A DNA stretch of 64,000 bases from a virus (IMGVR_UViG_3300021255_000109:116779-180778), one strand, 5' to 3'; positions 50,901-63,621 are shown, counted from the stretch's first letter. The notes: generated from the letters alone by a model not told the origin. Translations and numbers: made by a program.

Positions 50901-51957
50901 AAAAGGTACAACCGCAAATGATTTAACATTCTCAGCTGAGTCTGATATTTATGTTTTCTATGCTGTATTCGTACCACACCCATACTCAATTACATTTGAT
51001 ATTGGTAATAATCAAACTGTAACTGTGCAAACTCCTTTCAATCATACTATTAATCTGCCTGCGGCAATGCCTTATCAAGATGAAAGCGAACTTCCTCTGG
51101 AAGAGAAATATGCTTTCTTAGGCTATGCAAAGACAGCAACCGCTACTAAGCCAATAGATATGTCAAAGGAAAAGGCTTTAAGAGATACTAAATATTATGC
51201 AGTATTTAAGAGATCAAGTGTATATGCTAACCCAATTCCAAATGAATACATTATCTTTACTGGACCTTCAGAAATCACCGTTGGTGTAAATACTGATGGT
51301 ACTTCAAAGAGTGCTTATGGCTATACTATTGGATTAAATCCAAATTATAGCTATCAAGGCAAGATTACATTACCATCATATTACAACAATTATCCAGTTT
51401 TAGCTATTGCAGCTGGTAGTAATGATCAATCAAGCGCACCAAATGGTTTTAGCTATAATAATGGTGGTAGAAATACAGCAACTCATGTATTCTTTGATAG
51501 AGAGGCTGGTGAACCAGCTTTAGCTCGTATTGAGTCATATGCTTTCTTCAATAATACTACATTGCAGTATGTTGAGATGCCAGAGACACTTGACTATATT
51601 GGTAACTTTGCATTCAGTGGTGCAATTACTAAACTTGAAGAGTTACCTGTGAGATCCATTGGTGAAGGTTGTTTCAACTCTTGGGTAGGTCAAAATGAAA
51701 CTATGCACATTGCCGGCAAGGTCTCAACTATTTTGAGTACACCTTGGTGCTATATGAGAGGTAGTGGTTTAAGACATCTGATATTCGGAGGTCCTGGTGA
51801 TCCAGTGCAATTAAAATCACTTCCATCTACTGCTTTGTTTATTGAAACAAATATTGAAGATGTAACTATTTATGTGGCAGATCAAGGTACAGCAATTAAA
51901 GACCATGTTTGTTGGACTTTGGGTAATCCTCCACAATATTCATGGGTGGATGCTTAA
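44959..51957 (+). CDS. Giant multidomain tail appendage protein (2332 aa): fibre anchor, LamG-like domain, CotH-like kinase domain, Listeria-Bacteroides-type repeats, BspA-type LRR
   Basis: AAAGGAG RBS; one frame with 5 TAG; IYLNG...DIYKIRFF..GL (LamG-like); QGTSS..YPRRNYK, YNINQDK, DSRGKN, W.PIFYDIDT (CotH-like); Y.FKGWS; IESYAF...YIGNFAF. Confidence 0.75.
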
Positions 51958-51972
51958 TAAGGAGGTTTAAAT

Positions 51973-52173
51973 ATGACTCGTCAAATTTATTACCGTTATA
52001 TGGGCACGAATGGAATGATTGAATCTCCAGTGCATCTGGAAGGGATTTACTTTGTTCGCTTAGTCCAATTAACTGCTGATAAAAATAAAGTTTTAACAAA
52101 TGGCACAATAACTACGACAACAGTCAGAGTGCCAGAAGAAGAGGAACAAAATTGGAAAGAGGTTAAAGCTTAA
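51973..52173 (+). CDS. Small fibre-associated protein (66 aa)
   Basis: AAGGAGG RBS; L.AD..K.LTNG...W.EV pattern; directly follows the fibre gene. Confidence 0.7.
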   Translation: MTRQIYYRYMGTNGMIESPVHLEGIYFVRLVQLTADKNKVLTNGTITTTTVRVPEEEEQNWKEVKA

Positions 52174-52178
52174 AGTAA

Positions 52179-52225
52179 GGCCAAAACCAATTTTATGAAC
52201 TGTCGTAGTTTTTATAAACATTAGG
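52179..52225 (+). promoter_or_regulatory. Conserved intergenic motif copy 4
   Basis: GGCCAA at 52179, TTTTA ending at +35, TAG at +43. Confidence 0.65.
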
Positions 52226-52239
52226 AAGAAAATATTACT

Positions 52240-52271
52240 GGATAGAGAGACACAAGTCTCTCTATCCTTTT
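52240..52271 (+). terminator. Intrinsic terminator-like hairpin
   Basis: GGATAGAGAGAC-ACAA-GTCTCTCTATCC followed by TTTT. Confidence 0.75.
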
Positions 52272-52300
52272 AGAAAATTTATAGAAAGGATGACAAACAA

Positions 52301-54232
52301 GTGATTACTTCTATTAATACTGATAATAGCAATGATTATAGAGCACTGTTTCAATCAGCTTATGATTTCTTAAAAGCTAATAAGAGTGCGCTTAGTGCTG
52401 ATCGCCAAGCCTCTATTGACAATATGACAGGAATCACTTCAGTTCAGCAGTATTTCTCTCACTTAAGAGATTTACTTGATTTAGCTGATCAGGGCGGTAA
52501 GAAGTTCTTAATGCTGCCTTTAGATGAGCCAGTATTTGAAATTGATGCTGACAAACGTGAAATCACTGTTCCTGCTGTCTTTAAAAAGAATGGTATCAGC
52601 GTTCAAGGTGATGAGATTGCTGAGAGTTTAATTTTTAGAATTAACCGTTTCTTTGATTATGCTGACTTAGACAATATGACTATTCAGATTCAATGGGAAA
52701 ACGCGAACAAAGAACAAGGTTTATCTAATATCTATGTAAAAGATAATTCTAAGAGTGCTGATTACCTGTATTTTATGTGGCCTTTAACAGAAGAAATTAC
52801 CAGATATCCTGGTACAATTAAGTTCTCTGTTCGTTGCTACAATGCTACAGGAAATACATTAGCATATAGTTTAAGTACAAAGATTGCTGCTGCAACTATT
52901 AATGCTGGACATGACTACAACGTTGAGAACTGGACAACTGGTATTGACGATGCTACCGCTCAATTTAACAACAGTATTCAGAATAGTAAGAATACGGCTG
53001 CTGAAGACGCACTTGCTCCTTATTATTTAGTTAACTTAGATGATGAGACCGGAGAGGGCGAAAACGCAGACTATAATAATGGTCAAGTTCTTGAGGCTTA
53101 TATAGATGAAACTAATCCTTATCAAACACTTAGAGTTGAAGCTACATCTAATGATGCTGGTACAATCAGCTATAAGTGGCAGTATAGAGACCTTTTAGAG
53201 ACAACATATACTGGCGGTTTAACATATGATCTTGCAGAAACAGTAGAGTATATTCCTACTACTGATGAAGCTAAGGTTGACCATAAGCTATATTATAAGC
53301 AATCTGGCGATAATTATGTGCCGGCTGAGTTCGAAGTAACTGAAGGCGTACAATTATATGAGAAGACTTCTACATATAAGGTTCAATATCATGCAGTTGG
53401 TAAGAACACTGTTACTCTTGAAGATGGCGTAATGCCTCATGTAGTTGGACAGTATAAGGCTATTGCTCGTAATACTGTTGGTGATAACTATGAAGAGACC
53501 GATTCTGTTACTATCGTATTCCCAAGTCCTGAAAAACTTGAGTTTACCGAAACTGGTGATTTAAGTAATAATTATTTCTTAAATAATAATGGCATTGGTT
53601 CTATTTCAACAGAGGTTGAAATTGATGAGCGTGGTGCTAAGGCAACTTATGATTGGTTATTTGCAAATAGCCCAACAGGAGGATTCACTCCAATTGACCA
53701 GTTAGACGAAGCAGAACAGGCTAAGTTATCAGCTGAAGGCAATACTTTAACTATCAACAATAAGCCTGGATATTATAGAGTTATTGTAAAATCTACTCGT
53801 AACTATGATACTATCCAAAAGCAGTCTAACGTTTGTAAAGTAACTGGCGCACTTGCTGCTCCTACTATTGTTACTCCTGTTACAGATACTGCTGTATCTT
53901 CAAAGTATGGTACTGCTCAACTTGTTATCACTATTGCTCCTTATGCAAATGATCTTGAGTCTGAGAAGGTAACATATTAGTGGTATAACGATAAGGATGA
54001 GGCATTAGAAGGACCTCAAGCTGCAGGTGAAGTTGGTACTAACAATACTATCACATTCAGCGCTCCTAAGGGCGATCGTAATGGTTACTATTGTAAGATT
54101 CGTAACTGGATGGGTGAGACCTTTGCTGAGACTCGTTCTTATGACTTCTCTGTAAACCCATTCGAGCCAGAAACACAAACTCCTACTCCTCCAGAGCCAG
54201 AACAACCTGAAGAGCAAGAACCATAGGGATAA
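52301..54232 (+). CDS. BppU-like baseplate protein with C-terminal Ig-like domains (643 aa)
   Basis: AAAGGA plus GTG start; D..AE...F.I.R.FD..DL, W.L....T...G.I.FS.R; ISYKWQ, TYDW, TY[Q]WY...YYC Ig signatures; ends TAG-GGA-TAA. Confidence 0.65.
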
Positions 54233-54257
54233 TTCATAAGATAGGAGGCATAAGTAG

Positions 54258-54854
54258 ATGATTACAATTTCTACAGAATACTATCGTAATCTGTATAAAA
54301 TTTAGCAAGATATGAACTTGCCAAGTCTAGCAATTTTGCTTCCATCTACCGAAAACATTTACGAAGTTGATTTGAATACAAGGAAAATTGAAGCTCCAGA
54401 GTTTTTAAGTAACTATACCGATCATGCTGCTGAGGTTATCTATTTTAAATGTAATAGATACTTCGATTACATGGATCTGGCTTCTTGTGCTATTGTAATA
54501 CAATACAAGAATGCCGCAGGAGAGAATAGAATTTATCCTGTTCCTTTCGTAGATGTTGCTACATGCTCTCTGGAAAACAAGATGCTTATTCCATGGTGTG
54601 TAGATGGTAATGTGACTGCACAAGCTGGAGAGGTTACGTTTTCTATTCGTTTTTATAAAATTGATGTTAATGGCGCAGCTTTACAATATAGCTTGGTAAC
54701 ATTACCGGCGAAGAGCCAAATATTAGAAGCTATGAATGTTGTTGAAGATGATGCAGAACCTTTTGTATTTACTCCTTCACAATATGAAGAGTTAGTTGCG
54801 CGAATTCAAGCATATGAACAGAAAAATGATTTGACATGGATTGTGTTAAATTGA
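54258..54854 (+). CDS. BppU-like baseplate protein (198 aa), paralog of the upstream N-terminal domain
   Basis: AGGAGG RBS; DHAAEVIYFKCNRYFDYMDL and VT..AG.V.FSIRF; one TAG; ends TGA. Confidence 0.65.
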
Positions 54855-54858
54855 CATG

Positions 54859-54896
54859 ATAGGGGAAGAACTTCGGTTCTTCCCCTATTTTTTTTT
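54859..54896 (+). terminator. Intrinsic terminator with cUUCGg tetraloop
   Basis: ATAGGGGAAGAAC-TTCG-GTTCTTCCCCTAT followed by a long T tract. Confidence 0.9.
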
Positions 54897-54898
54897 AT

Positions 54899-54945
54899 GG
54901 GCAAAATACTTTAACCTTACTTGATTAGATTTTAATTACAATAGA
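54899..54945 (+). promoter_or_regulatory. Conserved intergenic motif copy 5
   Basis: GGGCAA at 54899, TTTTA ending at +35, TAG at +43. Confidence 0.65.
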
Positions 54946-54973
54946 TAATTATGATAAAGGAGGTATTAGTCTT

Positions 54974-57900
54974 ATGGCATAGGGCGATAAAATTCGTTTT
55001 CGATAGGGATCACGCTCTTCAGTAAATACTACTGCTAAACAAGCTGGTCAATTATTATTTGCAACCTATGAAGATGAATTACTTACAACGTCTAGTAGTG
55101 CGGAGAGTTTCGTGCAAGGTGACATTTATTTTGATTTAAGCGAAGACGTTGGGAATACTCCCGGGGTGCGCATTAAATTAGCTAATGATGTCGATAAGGC
55201 TAGAACACTTTTTGCGGGAACGACTTCTACCGTTGATGCCAATGGTCAGTGGACCGCGGATATTGATGGTATTACAAAGCTTTATGATGGGTTAACCATT
55301 GCATTGAAATTAACTACATCATCAAGCATAACTTATAACACATTAAATATTAATGGTTTAGGCCCTAAATTAGTATGGTTTAAAGATAATTATAGATTAA
55401 CTAAATCAATTGAGGCCGGCGCAGAAGTGCTATTAACTTATAGAGTTAACGCAGGCTCTTATACTGTGCCAGCCAATACTTCTGGCGCGCTGACCCCGTC
55501 TGGCACGTATCGCGATGGTTGGATCATGACATATCAGGATGGAGATACTATTCCCTCTGCATATTGTACAAGTCCAGGGGCTGCTGTACAAAAGACAGCA
55601 GAATGTACTGATTTCGTTTTACAACCAAAAAGTTATATTCAGTTAATAGTTAAAAATGCCAATACATCTAGCGGACGTATACAATTAAATATTAATGGTA
55701 CTGGAGATAAAGTAGTTTATATCAATGGTAAAGTTACAGCTTCTAATAATAATACTTTGCCAGCCGGATCATATTTAGTATACTATGATGGCACTTATTA
55801 TCAGATAAGAACTGATGGTTTATTGCCGGGCGCAGGTATTGCGGGAAACGCAGCTACAGCAACAGTGGCAGAAAAGCTAGGCGCAACCGACGGCACGATA
55901 TTAACTAATTTAGGTTCTAATGATGCTCAAGTTTATACTCATGGTGGCAATATTACTCCAGGAGTAACTGGTATCTTAGGAGTAGGTAATGGTGGTACTG
56001 GATCTGGAAGTGTGAGTGGCGCACGTTCTAATTTAGGTTTAGGCAACGGACAAATTTATTATGGTACTTGTAGCACTGGCGCAGGTACAGTAGCAAAAAC
56101 AGTAGTTTGTGATGCTTATCCATATACTGGTCCAACTCTTGGAGATATGATATTGGTTAAATTTACTACAACTAATAGTGGAGCTGTTGGTAATTTAACT
56201 ATGTCTGTAAATGGCACTGATGCTAAACCAATTAGATATATTTATAATGGCAGCATTACTACTATAGCAGCAGCTAATTATTTGAAGGCTAACCAGACTT
56301 ATTTGTTTTATTATGATGGAACCTACTGGGTTGTCCAAATGGTCTATAATACAAATACCGATATTAGACCAGCGGCTTATTGTGACACTGGTGGAAGCAC
56401 TGCCGCAAAGGTTGCATCACATACTGGATATTCTATTTTAGATGATTCTTATATTTATTTTACACTTGTTAGTTCTAATACTGCAGCAAGTGCTTTAACT
56501 TTAAAAATCAATAGTAAAGATCCTAAACCGATTTATATCAATGGTGAAGAATCTTCATCTTCTAATTATACTTTGCCAGCAGGAACTTATATTGTTTACT
56601 ATGATGGTACAGCTTATCATTTTAGAACTGATGGTCAACTTCCTGGACATGTTGGCGCAAGCACTATCACAGGAATTGTCCCAGTTACTCATGGCGGTAC
56701 TGGAGTAGGTTCATTAGCTTCTGGCAAAGCGTTAATTGGTAATGGAACTGGAAATGTAGCTACAAGAGATATTACTAATCTTACTACTGCATCAAGCTCA
56801 CTTACTGCAAATACAAATTTAGTTACAGCCAATACTTTGGTTAATTATGTTGGTTCTACCAATTGGAAAACTGTTGGTACAATTACAACTGGTACGTGGA
56901 ATGGTAGCACAATAGCTATCGCACATGGCGGAACCGGTATGACATCTAATCCAAGTCTATTGGTTAATTTGGCTTCTGATAATGCTGATTCTGTTTTTAA
57001 AGCATCTCCAAGACCTGGTGTAACAGGATTATTGCCTGTTGGACATGGTGGTACAGGCACTGGTAGTTTTACAGCTGGTCATGTTTTAATCGGTAATGGT
57101 GCTGGTGCAATTTAGACAAATGGTAATTTACAATTCGATTCAGAAACAGACACTTTAAAGACAAAGCATATCTCTACAACCGGAGATATAGATATTACTG
57201 GAAATGCTTATTTGCATAATCAGACTTATGCTGATGATATTACTGCAAGCACTTTATTAGTGCAAGGAAATTCTAACTTTATTGTTTCTCCTACTGCGCC
57301 GACCCCGGATGCAGGAGATAGTAGTTCAAAGTTAGCGACGACAGAGTTTGTAACTAACGCGCAGATTGATACTAGTCGTATCACAGGTATTTTACCAGTC
57401 ACACACGGCGGTACAGGTCTGGGCGCACTTGATGCAGGAAAGGTTCTTATTGGTAATGGCAATAATAATGTTACTTTTAGAAGTATCTTTACTCGTACTG
57501 CTGTTGGTGATATAGGGTGGACAAGTGGCGCTAATGCTTTAATTGATTAGAGTGGTTTAGCATATTGGAATGGTGCATATAGTGGCACAAGTTCTAATTT
57601 AAAATATCTTAGCACTGTTACTAAAGGTACATGGCAAGCTTCTACAATCGGAGTCGCATATGGTGGTACGGGAATCACTTCTAATCCATCTATGTTGATT
57701 AACTTAGAGTCAAGCACAGCTGATACTGTGTTCAAGGCTTCGCCAAGACCTGGAGTTACTGGTATTTTGCCAGTAGAACATGGTGGTACTGGCTTAGGTA
57801 ATTTGCCTGATGGTGCTTTATTACAAGGTAATGGACTTGCTGATATGGGTGCGGCAAGTGCGGCTGGTACTGCAACATTACCTATTTATATAGATGAAGA

Positions 57901-60900
57901 TGGAATCCCTCAAACAATTACAAGCTATGAGGGAACCGCAAATGCGGCTACAAAATTAACGACTGGACATACATTTATTACCGATTTAGGAAAGAGTTCA
58001 TCTTCTAATACATCTACTTCTTTTGATGGTACATAGAATGTTCATAATATTCCTATCACTGGAACTTTATTAGTTTCTAATGGCGGTACTGGCTTAGGCA
58101 ATGTTACTGCTAATGCTGTTTTGATCGGTAAAGACGCTTCTGCTTTATAGGCTATTGCAACAAACAATGGTGCGTTTTACGCAACAGCAGCTAATGCTAA
58201 ACCAACATTTGGCACTTTACCAGTAGCGCAAGGTGGTACTGGTGTTACATCTGTTGCCAATATTAAAGCTGGTAAAGATGGAAGTGGTAATACTATTACA
58301 TCTACTTATGCGACTAAGACAGAATTAAATAATCTAATTGCCGCACAAGATGTTATGGTATTCAAGGGTGTTGTGAACAGTGCTAGCGATTTACCAAATG
58401 TTCATGATCGTGGTTGGACATATAGAGTTGGTACTGCTGGTACTTATGTGGGACAAGCCTGTGAAGTTGGCGATATTATTATTTGTACAACAGATCGTGC
58501 AAGCGCAAGTTCATAGACTAATGGAGATTGGCAAGTTATTCAGGCCAATATAGATGGCGCTGTTACTGGACCTTCTGGCGGAGTAAGTGCAGCCAATGCT
58601 ATCGCAGCATTTGGTTCAACTGCTGGACGTACATTAGTTAAAGCACCTGCCGCAGGAGATTCAAACACTCCAATTTATATCAATAGTAATGGTATAGCTA
58701 CTGCAATTAGTTCTTATGATGGTAATTCAGCTACTGCATCTAAATTAAAGGATGGCGCGACTATTGCGATTTCTGGTGGTATTACTGGTACTGCAACTAA
58801 TTTTGATGGTAGTGCAGCGATCTCTATTCCAGTAACAAGTTTAAATCTTAATGCTACTGGATTTACTGTTTCAGGTGTTCTGCCAGTAGAGCATGGTGGT
58901 ACTGGTAATGGTAAATCAAGTTATACGGCTAATCATTTAATATATGCGGCAAGCGCAAGTAAGTTAGATCAAACACCTTATATGCATTTGAATTATACAG
59001 CTGGTACTACAAGTGTAATAGGTAAAGAAGAACTCGTAATAGGAAATAATATTGGTAATGGTACTGCTAATAATGCTCAAGGTATGTTAACTTTATATGG
59101 TAAAGGTACTGCTTGGGATTATTTAGTAAGTGCGGCAACCTCTACTAATCTGACTCATACTATGCCAAATTCTTCTGGCTGGTTAGTTACTGCGGCAACT
59201 GCGGGGGCAGGCGGAACATATAAACCTATTTATGTTTCTAATGCTGGTATTGCAACAGCTGTATCAGATAACCAAGCAAAAGTTGCCTTAGGTTCTGATA
59301 ATGCTGCTTCAGTATTTGCGCAAGCCCCTTAGATCGGTGTTACTGGCGTTCTTCCGATCGTACATGGTGGAACAGGCGGAGGTAGTGCGGCGAGCGCACG
59401 TGAAAGTCTTGAAGTGCCACACCATGGTGTTTATTATGTTAAAGGTACTCAAACAGCGGCAACCGCTACGTGGACTGGTGATTTACCAGAAGTTGCTGCA
59501 TTATATGATGGTTTGACCATTGCTTATTATTTACCTGTTGCAGGCAAGACTGCAGCTACTTTAACATTAACACTTAAAAATGGTGTAGAAACTGAACCAG
59601 AGCCAGTGTATTACACAGGTACTACTCGTGCTACAACACACTACGGCGTTCATTCAGTAGTTTTACTGACTTGGGTTAGTAATGCTTCTTCTGGTATGAC
59701 AGCAGTAGGAACGGCTACTGGAGGATGGTATAGAGCAGATTATAATTCTAATAGTGATACTTATACATCTGCATACTGCGGTACTGCCGCAGGTACAGCT
59801 GCAAAAGCAGCAAGTTGTTCTAACTATTCGCTATTAGATGATAGCTATATACATGTTATTATAGTTTATTCAAATACGTCAGCAAATGCATTAACAATGA
59901 ATATCAATGGTAGAGGTGCAAAACCGATTTATATTAATGGTACCGCATCTTCTGCTTCTAATTATACATTACCTGCTGGTTCTTATCTTGCTTATTATGA
60001 TGGAACTAATTATTATTTTAATACTAATGGAGAATTACCTGGACATATTAATGGTTCTTCTATAACAGGCATTATACCTGTTAACCATGGAGGCACAGGA
60101 TTAGGAAAAACTTCATTAACAGCTAATAGAGTAATTTATGCTTCAAGTGCATCTCAGATGTCAGAAGCAGCTTCACTATATACAACAGGAGCTAACTTAG
60201 CTATTAATAAAACTTCTATTACTTCTGGATATAATTTTGAAGTAAATGGTGCATCTTTGATGGGCGCTATTGTTGCAAATGCGGATCATAACTTTATGAG
60301 CCATGGTAATGAATTTAATTTTATTCCTGCTTTAAGCTCTAATTTAGACGTGCATATTAATTATCGTGGACGTGGAGCGCATACTAATGGAGCTGTTGTT
60401 AGTAGTTATAGATTCCATGATGGTACTTCAAGCTGGGCGCCATTATATTCTGCTCATTTGTATCCAGGAGCAACTAATACATATAATATTGGCTCTGAAT
60501 CATTAAAATGGAATTTATTATATGCGAATACTGCACATTTAAGTGCGGCTAATGTTGGTAGCTTAGATAATACTGGTAGATCTACTTTACGTCAAGGGGT
60601 AGAGATTTATGGTAGTATTGCAACGGCTGATTATTCTGGTGGTGGGTATCATCATGACCATAATAGTATTGTTTTACATGGCGATTCAGCTGGTGTATCT
60701 GGATTATTATTTACATCAAGAGCTGTAGATACTGCTATTAACGCTCCTTCTGACAGAGCATTTATTCAGTATCATGCTCATGGTATTACTACTGCAACAG
60801 CAGAAAATAATAATCCTACTTTAGCTACTACTGGTGAGGTAGGGCGTTTTGTGATCGGTATTGGAAATGATGCCAATGATTAGTTGTGGTTACAAACCTA

Positions 60901-61894
60901 TTCTCATACAGGATTAATTCATTAGATTGGAGCAAGTTCATATGTTATTCCTGATACTGGAAATGCAACAGGTGATGTAGGTAGTGCATCATAGCCGGTT
61001 TATGTTGTTGATGGTGTAATTAAAGCAGCGACCGCATATTCTGGTTTGTTTACCGATTTAACCACTCCTGATAGTACGACTCCAGGTAATACAATGTCTA
61101 TCACTATTGGCGGTACAACTAAAACAGCTTCAATCATCAATAGCGTATCTACTAATTTAACTGCGGGAACAGCTTCAGATGCTCCAAAGTTATCTACAAC
61201 AGTAAATACTGTATAGAGTTCTACAATTACTTTAACTAAGGCTACTACCGGAGTATATGGTGTAACCAAGTTATCAAGTACAGTTAGCGCTTCTGAAGAA
61301 GGATTAGCTGCTACTCCGAAAGGAGTTCATACAGCCGTGACTAATGCGATCAATGCTTTAGATGTTGGTAGCGTTGGTGTTGATGCGGCAATAGGAAATA
61401 GATTTATTAGTATCATCAGTTAGACTGATGGTAAAATTAGTGCGGCGGTTGCTACTAAAACGATTGGCAGTGACTCAAAACCTGTGTGGATTAATGCTGG
61501 TACAATCACTGAATGTGGTAGTATATTTAATGCGGTTGCTTGGGATGCTACAAATAAAAAGATTACCAAGACTGTAGGAACTACTACGTCAGATGTTGTG
61601 CAGTTTGTAGCAGGCAATGCGATCACATTAACTGGCGCCGCAGGTAAATTAACAATTGCTTCTACTGATGAAAAAGTTAAACATACACTTGCAAACACAA
61701 CAAAGTTTTATATCACTGGTACAACATCAAGTACGACAAACACGTCGGGAGATGATTTTGATATCGGAGTATATGTAACAACAACCGCAGGAGAAATTAG
61801 TGCGGTAAGACATTCATATAATGCTAGCGGTTTGGAGAAAGCATATACGAGATATAATACTACAACAGATGCGATAGATTTTATCTTTATTTAA
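54974..61894 (+). CDS. Long tail fibre (~2306 aa) with repeated modules
   Basis: AAAGGAGG RBS; fragments 55112-61894 in one frame; many G(I/V)LPVxHGGTG repeats, repeated YYDGT knob modules, APTP..GD.S...ATT.FV; ends TAA. Confidence 0.8.
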
Positions 61895-61908
61895 GGGGAG
61901 GTAATATT

Positions 61909-63621
61909 ATGAGTTTACAAGTATGGCTTCCCCTTAATGGGGATTTAAACAATTATGGGTTAGATGGTAGTTTAATAGTAACAGCTGACGGCGTAACAGC
62001 CGATAATGCGGGAAAGATAGGTAAATGTTATAGTTTTAATAATACAAGAATTATTTTATAGAGTGAATCATTAAGAAATATTTTTAAAGCTACAACTTCT
62101 TGTTTTTCATTTGCAGCTTGGATCTATTTAAACTCTGATGAGACTGATAGAGTCATTGTTTTTGGTAATTATAACGCTAATCCATTTATTAACTGGGAGT
62201 TATCCGCAGATTGTAAACAAAGATTATGTGCAGGAGGTAGTAGTAATTATGTTGGTTACGGTGCTACATCTGCCGTTCCTAAAACCACATGGACGCATAT
62301 AGCTGTAACTTATGATGGTAGCGGTACAAAGTTTTATACAAATGGAGTATTGACAAATTCTGTAAGTGGAGTAAATACTATTACTGGATTGGTTGGCTCG
62401 GGAACGTTTTGGATTGGGGCTGATGCAAGAACAGGCGCAACAAGACTTAAAGGTAAAATGAATGATTTCAGAGTATATGACCATGCTTTGAGCGCAAAAG
62501 AAATAGAAGAAATTGCGCGCGGACTAGTTGTACATTATAAGTTAGATGATCGTTTTTGTGAAGCAACCACTAATTTAATTACTTCTATTACTTCTGGTGG
62601 ATAGACAACGGTTAATGGAGATTTAGTAACCACTTCAGGTACTAATGCTGATACTTATTTTACTTTAAATCTTAGTGAAAATATTGTCGAAGGGACTGAG
62701 TATACTATTAGTTGCAAAGCAGAGATGCCTGCGAATACAAATTGGATTTTTCCGATTGGAGGACAAGGTAACTCTACATTACAATGGACTTTAACACCAG
62801 GTTATAATACATATACTTTTACAGCCAATAATTTTTCTTTTGGTACTAAAAGATGTTTTATGGATGATTTATCTGGAACAGCCAGATCTAGTGGAATATC
62901 ATGTAAGTTTTATAATTGGCAATTAGAAAAAAAAGACCATGCTACTGGATTCGCGGGATTAGGTATAACAAGAACGGCTTCATTGATTTATGACTCATCT
63001 GGATATAATCATCATGCGGTACCTACTGGAACAATTGCAGTGACTAATCCAAGTGTTCGATATGATGCATGTACATATTTTGTTAATGGTTCGTATTTAC
63101 GATCAGAAGAGAGGCCTGCCGTGTTTTTACCAACTGATGCAATAACTGTGAATTTATGGCAAAAATCTACGTCTTGGTCATAGCCAATTTCTTGTACTGA
63201 AGGTGGTGGATTTAATTTTGAAAATGCATCATCTATTCGTTTTCCTCTTTATATATCAGGAACAGGATACATTGTCGCGACTTCTGGGGTTGCAGCTTCA
63301 GTATTAAATGGATTTTGGCATATGATAACTGGGACATACGATAGACAAAATGTTAAAATATATATAGATGGTGAATTAAAAGCAACTGCTGCTGTAGCCA
63401 CTCCGGCAAATATTTCTTATGCGAATAATTATTTATTTATTGGCGCAGAAGCTGGTGGTAATTCAACAGGTGCGGCAAGTAGCGGTTATACTGGAGATAT
63501 TTCGGATGTTCGTATTTATGCAACTGCATTATCAGACGATGCGATTAAAGAACTATATCATACTAGTGCTACTATTGATAATAATGGTAATGTTTATGCA
63601 AGGGAGGTAATTGAAATATGA
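61909..63621 (+). CDS. LamG / concanavalin A-like lectin domain protein (570 aa), putative receptor-binding
   Basis: GGGGAGG RBS; WLPLNG, WTHIAVTYDG...FY.NG, MNDFRVYDHALS; second copy WHMITGTYD...IYIDG, ISDVRIYATALS. Confidence 0.8.

Noticed and set aside
54851-54880. TTGACA as a sigma-A -35 box
   Set aside because: No -10 element at 16-18 bp; overlaps a stop codon and a terminator
43-62484. Minus-strand and alternate-frame ORFs in the supplied track (e.g. 43-276, 3167-3394, 4042-4284, 10143-10395, 20138-20449, 49034-49330)
   Set aside because: Shadows of + strand genes or the intron; no RBS or recognisable motifs
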